DNA of 64,000 nt from Eukaryota sp. GEM-RC1 (Eukaryota), in the NCBI GenBank assembly GCA_040285855.1, contig JAUFOQ010000010.1, forward strand, positions 1,488,001 through 1,552,000. Direction: 5' to 3'. Within the stretch, counting starts at the first letter, position 1, and each line of letters starts with the position of its first letter. The position numbers and the translations under genes are program-made. The notes beneath the pieces were generated by a model. That model did no database searches. It had not been told where the DNA came from and worked only from the letters and a program-made list of their open reading frames with translations. This document shows, piece after piece, positions 26,618 through 39,520 of this stretch.

Positions 26618-27240
26618 CAGGTATTGGAAAAAATATATGTATATTTATTGTGTACCAACAATATTTATTGATAATATGAGATCTTGAACAATATGGTATT
26701 GTTATTGTGAACAATAAATATATATCTATTGACAATGTATTGCAATATTTGAAAACACATAAAAGAAGCAGTTTATTTGAATCTGAGTAGATTCTTTACC
26801 TTCTAGTATCTTTATCACCCCTGGTTCGAAATCAGGAGACTGCCAGATAGTGGACAAACGCTGCAACAATAGGCAACATAATGTTGTTTGTCTACTGGAG
26901 GTTCTGGTTGGGGCGTTACTTTCAAAAAGATGCGTTTTGCTATCTCTTTTGCCGTGTACATATTTGTAGAAGAAATTATTCTTTCATTGTACTAGTAGCT
27001 TTTATATTCCACTGCATGGTCTTTGTTCATTTCCTTCCTCGTAAGAAAGCGATGTATGTTCAATTTTACAATGTATTCTCCCACAACGATTCGAAACAAC
27101 ACTGGTGTACCAACTTTTACACTAACAATAACACATCAATATATTGCAATATATTGTTATTGTACATGTACTAACAATATCATATTGTTATTGCACTTAT
27201 TGCAATATATTGCAATAGCAATAAATTTTTCCAACCACTG
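26618..27240. mobile_element. hAT-type MITE
   Basis: 8-bp TSD GTATGGAT (26610-26617 and 27241-27248). TIRs CAGGTATTGGAAAAA / CAGTGGTTGGAAAAA (12/15). ATTG/CAAT-rich subterminal regions. 623 bp. Confidence 0.88.
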
Positions 27241-28760
27241 GTATGGATCCCTTTAGTGTTTACATCATCATATCTGTTGTTATACAAACCTTAGTTGACA
27301 CTACTAAGACTTCAAAAATGATTTTATGTGAAAGCTTTTTCTGATTTGTTACAATTTCTGGACATCAATAACCACCTTCTCTCCATTCAAAGTTTGAATT
27401 TCAATCTGCAACTGGAACTTCGCAGCTTCTTGAGTGATAAACGACAAAGAATCGATGTTATGTCTTATGAACTATAAGTTGTCTTCGTCGATTTTTTCAT
27501 TTGATCATCTAATACATTCTCGTGCTACTTTCCTAAACAGCGTTTCTCAAAGTGTATCTACTGTTTAGATACCAAAGATTGCTACTAATATATGGACCGT
27601 CTCTACTAAATCATTGCAACAATTCCCATTATGAGATGTGCTGCCGGATAGGTGGACATAATGAGAGGGTAGACTGTATATCACTCCTTAATTCCTTCCC
27701 TACACGTAAACAAGTCAAATCGAACGTTTTTATAGAACTAAGATATATAACACTCAACTCCAGAATTATTTCTATAAAAGTGAGATTTTAGAAAAGTGCT
27801 AAAATAAGAAATAGTCTGGGCCAGACTATTTAAAACATATACTAGTATATATGATAAAGTTAATTCATTGAGGTATTTTTCAGGGGTTAAAGCATTGGAA
27901 TTAAAATTGACAAAAATCAAACAAGTAGCATATCCAACTCTTGAAAGGTTGCGGATTGTTGATAATGATTTGACTGTTTTATTTCATTGTAAATCCATAA
28001 TTGCAATTGAATCAAAGACACATCAAATACCATACATGGTAGAAAATATACAAATAGAGTCAATAAAAAATATAACTGATGATATAAATAATGATACTCA
28101 TTCATTAATAATCTCGATAGAAAAATGATTAATGGTAAAAAATGATTACTCCTATAAAGTAGAACTTTATTACATTATGAGCTCTGCTCCAGTTTGTCCT
28201 CCTACTCCCCGCGCTGTACGACCTGTAAGGTTATACGATGTCCTTCCGCTCCTCTAATTTTCCCTGGGGGAAATGATATCAATGCTATTGAAGAAGAAGA
28301 TTCAGGGTATATCACGCCCACTTATTTAGTTTCGGACGGTACTGGAATTTGTCCAGGTGTTCCTCGTAGATAATAATAAATCCTTAATTTTATAGTGTTG
28401 TTTTCATTTTTTTAGTATTATTTTTATAACATTTCATTTGACAATTATTAAATGAACACATCCGAGAACGAAACATCTCCATTGATAAATAAATCAGGAA
28501 AAGAGAAAGAAAATTTATACAGTCAAGGCATTAAGGTAGCTAAAGCACATCCTCGTATCACTGGGGGTTTAATATTAGTATTGACCTTATTATAGATATT
28601 AGAAGAGCTGCATGTACAATGTTTGAAAGTCACAATTAAACATCTTGCAATGTGACTCTATGTCATCAAATGTAGATTTACGTTCAGTTTCAGTACTTGA
28701 ATTAAATAAATTCTTTTAGAAAACTGCTCCTTCTGATTCTCCTTCTCTTTTCTCACTGTT

Positions 28761-28862
28761 GAATATGCCAAGGAGCTCTGTCAAGGTGTAAGTTATCCCC
28801 ATAGTAAGTCAATTGTCCATGGAGATCTCAAACCAGGAAATGTGTTGATTGTTGATGATAGA
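28761..28862 (+). pseudogene. Isolated protein kinase fragment (subdomains VIa-VIb)
   Basis: EYAKELCQGVSYPHSKSIVHGDLKPGNVLIVDDR; no DFG or other subdomains follow. Confidence 0.8.
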
Positions 28863-29233
28863 TTTGTTGTTGTTCTTCAGCTATACAAGATATACACTAT
28901 GATCCCAGAGTTGAATATAAGTACTGTCCAATTGTCCTCAATGTCCATTAATTGTTTACTTGGGTACCAAGTGATCAAGACAATTACCTTGATTATTGGA
29001 ATTTTGTACACCAAGAATAGCTAAAATTATCTGACTACAATCTGAAAAACAGTAATTTTTGAATAATATGAAATTCTGAGTAGTGAAAATTCCTTCCTCC
29101 ACTGAATAGAACTACATATATTATAATAACAGATAAAATTAAATATAAAATAGGAACCACATGAATTAAAAAAGATTGAAAGAAGAACTAATTGAACATT
29201 GTTAATTTTCCTTCAACAAAGAGATCAGTTCAA

Positions 29234-30255
29234 CTAGTTTCACCAGTCTTAACTCTCAGCCACTCAAAGAAGAACAAATCACGTCATCTTCTGTTGAAAC
29301 ACGCGTGTTGCTGCCCTGGTTATTATAGATCTTAACGTAAGTCTGAAACCTTTATCTACTGATTCAATGATGACGTGATCATGGGGTTATTACTATCACT
29401 GAAAGCAACGAGAGAAATAGAGAAGATTTGGTAGCAAGTATAGATGACGACGTTTGCAAAAGATCATAAAACACGTCATCTTTTGACCCTAAAGAAGTTC
29501 TTGATGGTCGTTGATAATGAAAGACAGAAGAAAAAAGACATTGAAGTGAGACAGGGTGAAGATCAACAGACTCTCAAGAAGGATAGGTAGGATACCCAAG
29601 GAAAGTAACAGTCTTACTTTCACAAATACTAGCAAAGATCGATGACGTGTCATTTGGATTTGATGACGTGTCACATAGGGTACTGGGTAACCACATTCAC
29701 CACCAGTGAGTAGAAGCCAATAGTAAGTATTGAGAAGTAGACGAGATCTAGTCTTGGAAGAGAGAAAAAGTAGAAGTTGGAGTGAAGAACTAGAGAGATG
29801 AAAAGTTGGTAGGATTAAGAAAACTTCTGATCTTTTGGGGAGTGTTAGTATTTCTTAGTGTTTCTGAGAGATTGTGTAGGAGAAGTGAAGTGGTATTTAG
29901 CTTCAACGTTTGAGGAAGAGCGATCGAACTGGCTTGTGATCTGAACGGCAGTACGGTGTATCAAGTCACCCATCTCCTTCTCATTCAAGGATCTGGTTGG
30001 AGGAAAAGAATGACGTGATTTCCCTCTCTTTGAGGGGGGAGGGGGAGTGGGAGGGCGATCGACGCGATGATCATAGGTAAGTAAAGCTCGAAAATAAGCA
30101 GGATTGGAACAGCACAAGCTCTGTCGGCAGAGAGAGCATGTAGTTGATACAGTAGTGAAAACTAAGGGAAGCAACAAGTTATTTGAACAACGGGCTTGTT
30201 TAGAACTCGAGGGCGCTTTGAGGAAGGACTATTGATGGTAGTGATGTTGGAAGTT
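29234..30255 (-). repeat. Decayed ~1 kb gene-family copy, paralogous to 22408-23420
   Basis: Colinear similarity to 22408-23420; multiple stops in all frames. Confidence 0.8.
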
Positions 30256-30939
30256 AGCCTAATCTCAATTCAAGCTCTGACTCATCATCTATTTCTTCAA
30301 ACATATCAAAGACATACAACAATGCAAAGGCGATCTGCCTCGTTCCCTCTCCTTAGAGTGTTCTAGTCAATAAGTCTTCTTCTTAATACACTCCAGGTTT
30401 TCGTCTTTTGATCAAATCAATTGAGTTCTAGACGTATTGCTTCTTGCATTGGCCTTCTTCTTTTCTCTGAACTATCTTTACTATTGTAATGTGCTTCGTC
30501 GGGAACTTCTTCTTTGTGTGTGTCCTCTGGTGGTTTGTTGTTTGCATCAGCATTTTTCTTCGCCTTTACTCTTTTATTATTTTATTTGAACTAGTGTTTA
30601 TACATGACTTGATTCCAATCAATGTTGAAAGACGATTTTCACCATTAAGTTTTTTCGTAAAGCATTTTAATCCGTACATTCTTTGTATTGTATCACTTTG
30701 TCTCACGAATGGTTGTTTGTGTATTTTAGGCACTTTATCAGATAGAATTTTGGAGTGACACTTATGAACACCTTTTACATTGATTTGACTTCGTTCACGT
30801 CATCTCGTTGAGATCAAATATACTACCATTGTGCCTTAATGACAAAGTGTGTTACAGAACGTGGAGTGTTTGTCATAAGTAACTTTGATATCGTCAGAGA
30901 GTCAGTTGTTGTGACTCCTCCAGATTGCTACAAACATTT

Positions 30940-31371
30940 ACAGTTGACATTGTTCAGTGCTACCAATGTAAGAGCTCTGGCTTTTACCCAATTCACCGTA
31001 ACTTGTTCTAAACGGGATCGTTTGTCCAATATCTCATCATACAAGGATTACTCAAGGTCAGTGCTCAAAGGCTTACGTCCTGCACCAGATACCCGAAAGG
31101 AAGAAGGGTCTGACCTCATGATATTAATCTTATCAGCCTGCCAGTCTTTCAACTGGGGGTGATTCAGATTGCGGTACTGAGAAAGAACAGCAGCTTTGCA
31201 TTTCGTTTCCATTTCGGTGAGGATATTTTGTTTAAAGCCGATGGTGATTTGGGCTCGAGTACGGTTTAATTGGGGGTGAGGTTGTAGAGGGATTGGTAAA
31301 CCCAATTGGTTACGATGAGATCCAGGAGCCATAGTCAATACAGGGGAGGAGTATTTTGACTTTATGCTCAT
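30940..31371 (-). mobile_element. pogo/Tigger-like transposase N-terminal DNA-binding (CENP-B-like HTH) remnant
   Basis: FKQNIL...QLKDW...FRVSGAGRKPLSTDLE*SLYDEILDKRSRLEQVTVNWVKARAL fits the GRKP..LE..L..I...R....VT...I...A pattern. No DDD domain seen. Confidence 0.65.
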
Positions 31372-31536
31372 TAATAGTCATATAATAATAAATAGTATAT
31401 ATCGTTTTTATTTAATGTTTGATGTGAATACGTCAAATAATAAGTTATTTTCAGAAACGGGCTCTATTCGGTAAGGCTAACAGTGAGAAATTGTCCATAT
31501 AGAGTTGACAGGACTGAGAAGAAGATAACAAGATCT

Positions 31537-32360
31537 GATGATGCTTTGTGTTAGAAGACATACGAAAGTATGGAGTGAAATTAAGATGATTTATGATTGC
31601 TCTATTAGCTATTATACATCTACACTACTTCTTCTCCTTCTTCGAGCCAACGCTTCTTCGAGTTCTCTTTGCTATATGTGTTTTACTAGGTTTAGCTTTG
31701 GATGAGGTTCTCTTTCTGGGACTCGAGGGAGGATTATTATTATTTTTCATAAACTCGACATAGGCTTTAGTATTTTTAATGCTAGAAGAAGCAACTGTCG
31801 TGATATCACTGCCATACAGAACAGAACACATAAGTCCTTCATGTGAGTGGACCTGTTCCAACACTTGGATGATGACATGTTCTTCCTTATCACCTGATGC
31901 GACTTGTTGATGTATACCATGGTTAGATGGAAGGTTGGAGTTGTACAGCTCACATTGATGTACGCTGGCTTGGGAATCGACGCCAGATACAAGGTTCTTG
32001 ATTTTCAAGGATGATGTTGAAGGGATCACGATGACCAGGAATGGGCCAGAGTGTTTGCCATGAAGCTTTGTAGCAGTCTTAGAGGATCTGAGGATCAGAT
32101 CGCCAATTTCAAAGGGATTTGATTTATTGGACTTAGGGGGTCTCTTTGACAATTGGTTGCTACTTGCTGATTCCTGCTTTTCCTTGATTCTCTCGTTTTT
32201 TCTTTGAAGATCTTCAATAAAAGGGATGCTTAAATTGGATGCTTCTAGAGCTTTGATTATGAGACTGGGATCTGCTTTAGGACCAAAAGAGGACCCAAAC
32301 ATGAGTTCGTAGGGAGTGTGTTCGGTGTAACGGTTCTTGGTAGCGTTAAGCTGGAGTCTT
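31537..32360 (-). mobile_element. Ty3/gypsy integrase C-terminus with chromodomain-like tail, PPT and start of the 3' LTR
   Basis: LNATKNRYTEHTPYELMFG...FEIGDLIL...KLHGKHSGPFLV (GPY/F motif)...EEHVIIQVL. Purine tract GAAGAAGGAGAAGAAGTAG is followed directly by TGTAG at 31624. Confidence 0.8.
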
Positions 32361-32365
32361 TATAA

Positions 32366-35020
32366 ATTTATCAAACGAACCAGAATTGTGAAAATATTAG
32401 TTCTTTTGAAGCGGCTGATATGTTCTCGTTTCTTCCAATAACTGTTTAATGATTGTATATAGCTTTCAATACATCCACATGAGGGTACTTCAATATGAAT
32501 ATGGCATTAATGACCAAAATAAGGTCATTGGCAGTAGATATTGAACGTGATTTCCTTTTTGTGCGAAGCTATCAAGTGGATGAGAAATAAAAAGGTGTCG
32601 CTGTTTTTGGTGTCGCAAAGATTTCTTTTTGCCAATAATTGAATAAAAGTAATGTTAATTTAGAAAAGATGAATAAGCTAGATGGTAAAACAACAACAAC
32701 AGTTTAAATTACTGAGAATACCTTAAGGTAACGTAAGGTAAAGAATAATATTATTCTTGTTTGACTGTAGTGAGTTTACTATAATCTTGACAGAAATCCT
32801 TCAAATACTACAGTAATGTCCATTTCCTTGAATGATTGCTCCTCTTCCATTGTTTTTGGTGAAGGAAGAAGATTGTGAAATCTTGTCTTATAGAACCTAG
32901 ACATGTATCTGATCTTCTGATTCTATCTACTCCATCGATCTGGGTATTCACCTCTCTCACGTTACTTCTCGCCTCATAACTACCATCTCTGCTATGAGTT
33001 CTACAATCCTTACAATCTCATCCTGCTCACTTATCAAATTGCTATGGATTACTTGGAGGAGTTATCATTCTCCACGATTCCAGTCTCAACGCGTCTTCTT
33101 CTTTCATCCATCATACTAGTGATGATGCACTCTATGCTTTCTATTTCCAAAAGTCATCTGCCTCTGTTCATAACATCACTTATCACATCACTTCTACTGA
33201 CTATGGTGACCTCTTCTATGTGTGTTTCTCCCCTTTCTACGGCTCCTTCATCAACTCTTCCTACAGTCACACCACGCATGGTGATGTCGATTTCCTTGTC
33301 AAATATACTCTGCTCTTTGCTTTTGCTCAATTCCAGTTTCTCCTCTTTGATGCTGATTATATTCGATGTTTTTGGTCTTACACACTACATTATCCGTGTG
33401 TCTGATGTTTACCAGAGTACCATTGAGTTCTTCTAAGAAAACTACCAAATTAACTTATCTCAAAGAGTGTTTGCTGACGTTATCAACACGTGTCAGTAAC
33501 ACGTGTTTTCTACCTTTGGTCAGCTACTTCCCCGTATTACTCTGATGATGTGTATATTGTTAATCTCAGAATCATCTATACCAATTAGATTGATCATGAT
33601 CTCTTCTTGTTTTCATTTGACTTGTTTCAACGATGTTTTGAGTGATCACATCATCACACGTGTTTTGGGCGTGTTTAATTTTCGTTGTCTGCTTTTTAAT
33701 TTTTATTGGTGGAATAATCTGGTACCGTATCACACGTGTTTTTGATGGCTCTTTTTAGTATCACGTCACAATGTTTTGTACCCGGTTTAAAAACATGTTC
33801 TGGACCAGTTGGTGTCTTTACAGTCTAAGGTTTACATGGTCATCTTCTTTATCACGAATTTCCATACATCATTCATATTTAGTTTTTTTATTTAGATTAT
33901 TTTTAGTTCAGTTCGATTTAGCAAAAATCTCCTAGATCAGCGTTTGTATATCGTTGGAGTTTTGATACACGGCCCAGAGTTCCAGCCATATTGGGACAAT
34001 TCCAAGGTTGGAGAGGATGGCTTTGACTATAGCTTTGTCAGACAATGCATTCATAGTTTTGTCGTTGTCTAGAAGAATTGCTTGTGTTCTCTGGAAAACG
34101 CGATGTAATCGGTTGATGAAATCGCCCCATCGTTCCTCAGGGTCGTTGATTGTCCAGTTCACTTTGACTTTGTTTAGGTCATTGATCGCAAGAGTCTGTA
34201 AACTGTGTACGTTTAAGCAATGCTATCCAAAGTTGAAGAGGAGTGGTACCGTTCCATTCTCTCGACATAGACAATTGAGTCTGCATGTTGAATTTTACGA
34301 ATAGTTGAATATACGAAGGGTCGGCTATTATAACTACTGTTCGAACAAAACCGAAGAAGTGGCGTGTTGAATGTTAGGAGTCGAAACAATTCTGATCTGA
34401 CTTACACTGAGTAATGAAGGCTTGAGCTCTAGTATGACCTTTTTGTTTGGGCGAGCTTTGAAGAGCACGTGTAGCACGTGGAGGAACTTCGATTCTATTT
34501 CTAAGCATGAGCAGTCTACAATAACGCAATCAAAGTTTTCACAAAAGACCAATTTTGTAAAATTGTTTTTTTTTGACTTTTTCGTAGTTGATAACGGTAA
34601 TATAGATCATTCGGTACACCGTTTGCTTGAATTGTAGGATCCTTCACAAACAACACTACCCAGGAATTTTACGCACTAAGAGGAGCATGCAAAGTATCGT
34701 TCAGCTCTTTGAGTTGTTCAACCGAAATGCTGCGACATTCCTCTTTCAAGCTGGCTTTCTTAAAGGCTAATGTATTCAGCAGGGTTGACGTTTTCCAGGG
34801 AAACTCCGATAGAGAATGTATACAGTTTTCTTTTGTAGTTGCCAGCAGTTGACCAGTTCAACACCCATCCACTAATGGTCTCTGCGGTAACCTTCGTAAA
34901 ATCTGTTGTTCTACCATATTCGAACAAAAACTTGGGATCTGCGTCAGGATGTGCAAGTAATTGGTGGTGTTGAACGAGAGAGTGATAAACGGAGATGAAA
35001 ATGCCCTGGGGGTTAGTTGG
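32366..35020 (-). repeat. ~2.7 kb dispersed repeat (copy 1), decayed, with a gag-like segment
   Basis: Colinear high identity with 58472-61188. Encodes LALNEINKVKMNW..DPEERWGDFINRLHRVF-type helical segment; gag assignment is inference. Confidence 0.85.
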
Positions 35021-35094
35021 TGTAAGATCACTAAGGTTCCTGTATTAGACATCAAGACTGTCTAAACAGAAAATTGAAATATTTATTTAATTTT

Positions 35095-37898
35095 GTTACC
35101 TCATTCTATTGATTTCTCTCGTGATATTGTTCGTTACGCTAAAAGGTTAATAACACTGATTTACGGTTACTTTTAACTGCTTTAAAATCAAATGTTCCTA
35201 TTAAACGTGTTGAATGTCGTGGATTGAAAACTGTCAGTTTTGAAGGAATTGTTACTTTATTTGAAATTCTTTCCATCAACAAATCAGTTGTTGATATTGA
35301 TGTTTCTCCTCATTGTATAGATGTTGAAAATGATGTTTTTCGATTTTCACCGGAAACTTTTGCAAAATATCAGTTGAAGAACTTTCATCTCTGCACTGTT
35401 TGTTGAAGTCATGTAGTTTTACTGAACTTACTCTTAAAAAACTTCACGTTTGTGACACTGGAATTTCTATTTTGTGTGACATCATCAAGACCTGCCATTC
35501 ATTGACTTCTGTTGACTTCAGTACTATGAGATTGTTGGAGCAACTCTCTCGCTGTTCATCCGATTTTGAATACTCTCATTCTAGTGTTGATGTTTTCTTT
35601 GATGATGATTCATCTGTTTACAACAAGCTGACTCATGACAATTTCTTGCAATTATTCAATGCATTGCAGTCCAATACTAACTTGAATCATGTTAATGTCA
35701 ATAACCTTGATATTGGGTTTGAAACTCTTTTGACTGTTTTCAAACAGTTTTCTACCCACCAATCACCACCAACAATTGAAGTGTTACCTCATTCTATTGA
35801 TTTTTCTCGTGGTACTATTAGTTACGATAACAAGGTTACAAACACTGACTTACGGTTACTTTTAAATGCTTTAAAGTCCAGTGTTCCGATCAAACGTGTT
35901 CAAAGTAATGGAATTGCAGATTTAGATTTTGATACTCTTCTTACGATTCATCAAATTTATTCTATTAATAATTCATTGATAGACGTTGATATTTCCCCTC
36001 ATTTTATCGACACAGAATCTGGAATTTTCTACTTTTCACCACAAGACCACACTCAAATAACCCCTGAGATTGTCTCTGATTTACAATCTCTTAATATCAA
36101 AAACCTTGGTATCCACGAATGTTATTTTGTTGATGATGCTTTTGACTCGTTTTGTGACTTAATCAGGACCAGTACGTCATTGACTTCTCTTGACTTATCT
36201 GATTGTTATATACATGCATATTTCCTGAAATTAATCGATGCACTGCAGTCCAACTCTAAATTAAACAACGTCAATTTAAGTAATCATTCAATTGGATTTA
36301 GGGGTCTACTGACTATCTTTGACTTAGTTTCAGCTGGAAAATTAACCTCAAATATTCAATTTTCTCCACATTCTTGTGATTTTTCTAATGGCGCAATTTG
36401 TTATGACTCACATGTAGGTACTGCCGATTTATGTACACTTTTAAGTGCTTTAAAATCCAATGTTCCTATTAAACGTGTTGATTGTCGTGGATTGAAAACT
36501 CTCAGTTTTGAAGGAATTATTACTTTATTTGAAATTCTTTTCATTAAAAAATCAGTTGTTGATATTGATGTGTCTCCTCATTCTATTGATTTTTCTCGTT
36601 GTATTATTCAATACGATAACAAGATTACAAACACTGATTTAGGGTTACTTTTAAATGCTTTAAAATCCAATGTTCCTATTAAACGTGTTGAATTTAGTAG
36701 ATTGAAAAATCTCAGTTTAGGAGGAATTATTACTTCATTTGAAATTCTTTCCATTAACAAATCAGTAATTGATGTTGATGTTTTTCCACATTTTGTAGAT
36801 ATTGACAATGGTGCTTTTCACTTTTCACCAGAAACTTTCACCCAAATATCAGCTTAAGAACTTTCATCTCTACATTGTGTTTGTAAATCATATAGTTTTA
36901 GAGAACTTACTTTTAAAAATTGTCATGTGTCTAACGCTGGAATATCTGAATTGTGTGACATCATACGAACTTGTCATGTTTTGACTTCAGTCACTGTCGT
37001 CTGTCGTATTCCAGTAGTCGTAAATTTATCACTGCACTTCAGTCAATTTCTTGTCTGAAAAGAGTTTATGTCAGTAACAATCATATTGAATTCAATAGTC
37101 TTTTGGATATTTTTAAACAGTATTCTACCCACCAATCGTCACCAACCATTGACTTTATTTCTCATTCTATTGATTTCTCTCGTGGAATTATTAGTTACGA
37201 TAACAAGATTAAAAACACTGATTTAGGGTTACTTTTAAATGCTTTAAAATCCAATGTTCCGATCAAACGTGTTCAGTGTAATGGAATTGCAGATTTAATT
37301 TTTGATGGGTTTGTCGTTCTTTTCAAATTTATTCCATTCAAAGTTCATTGATAGATGTTGATATTTCGCCTCACTTTATCGACACAGAATCAGGCATTTT
37401 CTCCTTTTCACCACAAGACTACACTGAAATTCATAGCGAGAATGTCGCAGAATTAAGTTCTCTTGATATTAAAAACCTTAGCATACACAAATGTAGTTTT
37501 ACTGACGATGCTTTTGAATTGTTTTGTGACTTAATCAGGACCAGTACGTCATTGACTTCTCTTGACTTATCTAACTGTAATTTATATGAATCTGATTTAT
37601 TACGAATTATTGAATTCAACAAACATATTTCTTCTTCAAATTTTAGAGGCCTCGAGTTTGGAAGACAATTGAGTGTAAAGGCATTTTAGCTGATTTGTTG
37701 AAAGTAAATACCACTCTTTCTAAAATTGACCTTTGGGGTAACTCTATTAGTAGGAGCGGTGCTCTAGAACTTTTAAAAATATTGAAGTTGAATTCCACAA
37801 TTCAATGTATTAATCTTGGAAATAATGGTATTAACGAACGAACTAGAAAAGAAATTAAAACAATCTCAAATGGACGCATTGTATTTCTACCGAATTAG
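35095..37898 (+). pseudogene. 5'-truncated LRR-rich protein of the same family as 7221-9432
   Basis: Repeated modules PHSIDFSRG..LLNALKSNVPIKRV..DVSPH..SLTSLDLS and C-terminal LKVNTTLSKIDLWGNSI. In-frame TAA at 36855 (CAA in the paralog) and several shifts. Confidence 0.85.
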
Positions 37899-38504
37899 TC
37901 AATCCAGTCAGTTTTTGCATGCAATCCATCAAATTTCAAAGAAAATGTTGGTCTTCATTTTTTACTACAATTAAAGTCACATTATATATGTATACTAAAC
38001 ACTTTAGAACAATAAACATTATTTTGAAGACGTAAATCACAAATCTGTTGGGGGAAAAGAAATCGATGACAGGGACAAATTTATTACACTCATTGGATCC
38101 AAAATACACGAATAACATGTAAAAAATCAGAAGAATTACCAAAAGATTACTTCAATACATCATAACAAATATTGATTTATTCAAATTATAACTTCCCAAA
38201 ATAGTCACTGATTATAAAACTGTCTTCTATTTAGCATTAGATATACAAATTCTCTGAAAAGTACTACTAGCAATTAGGGTTATGCCACAAGCCATTAACT
38301 AATCGTTTTCCCGTTCAATATTTGGCCTAAATGCAGAGCTCATTCCCACTTTGCAAGAAATTGTGTTATAAAAAGAACAAATTACATGTGCAATATCATT
38401 AATGTGACAAATCGGACGAATTCTACCAACTTGTACACATGCTGTGGCAGCTGGGGTGTCACACTCGTTAGTGTCACCACAGCAAATCCAGAACAATTAA
38501 AGAA

Positions 38505-38751
38505 GGTTGCTAGAGCTTTGGCAGATGCCTTGAAAGTTAATACGTCAGTTAAAAGTATTGATCTGCAATGGAATTGTATTGGGGATGTAGGTGCTAGAGC
38601 TTTGGCAGATGCTTTAAAATTTAATGATACTGTTACTAATGTTGACCTGTTTGCAAACTCTATTGGAGATGACGCTGTTAGAGCGTTGGCAGAGGTGTTG
38701 AAAGCTAATGAGAAAATTAAAATTAGTGGTGTAAGTCAACTTAATCTTTAG
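38505..38751 (+). pseudogene. 3' fragment of an NLRC3/RI-type LRR gene
   Basis: ARALADALKVNTSVKSIDLQWNCIGDVGARALADALKFNDTVTNVDLFANSIG; upstream sequence is unrelated. Confidence 0.75.
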
Positions 38752-39520
38752 AACTTGACAATAAATTAAGAAATTAAATAACACCAACATTGTTTTAATC
38801 TTGTTGAGACTAATTATGTACTAAAAATCTATGCTTCAAGTACTCTTTGAACGAGTTTTGTATAATATACATTTTGTTTAATTAATTGAACGACATCGTA
38901 ATCATGTTAATACAGTCACAACATTTAAAGGGTGGTCTATTACTAGTTTTCAATAGTCCCTTTGCGAATCATAAGCACTATTGACATGTTCTTCGAACTC
39001 AAAACATTAAAATATCGATCTGATTGGATGTATCAGACAGGGATTAGTTACTTTTATCAATGTCTTTTAGGGACTCTCAAATGTATATAGCAACAATGCA
39101 ATAATTCAATACATTCGGTTTTGAACAACATTCTTTTCTCAAGTATTTCCTTCCAATCAGTATGAACTGCTACTGTGATATAATGCGTTCACCGTATACG
39201 GCTTCAATGGATTGCAGATTTCACTCATCATATGCCACATATTTTACTGTAGTGTTGTTGTCAATAAATCTTGTCAATGGAAAAAAATATGCCACATATT
39301 ATCATATATTGAATTTATTTTATTTAATAATATTCCAAAATATTCAGACAACCCAAGTGAATACAATAACATGCTAAAACTTGGAATAAACATTAAACAA
39401 AGTCAATTGAATGTTGAGAGATAGTTATAGTTTGGAGTGATCTAGATTTTGGAACAGATAGTACTTCACAATACTCAAAAGATCTTCAAACTCTATAAAA
39501 TCATTACTCAAAATGACGTT

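Noticed and set aside
630..36857. TAA/TAG reassigned to Gln (stops near 635 and at 36855 align with CAA; in-frame TAG at 6955)
   Set aside because: Long ORFs such as 7221-9305 encode many Gln with CAA/CAG only, genes end in TAA/TAG, and other premature stops replace Ser, Tyr or Cys. C>T decay is sufficient.
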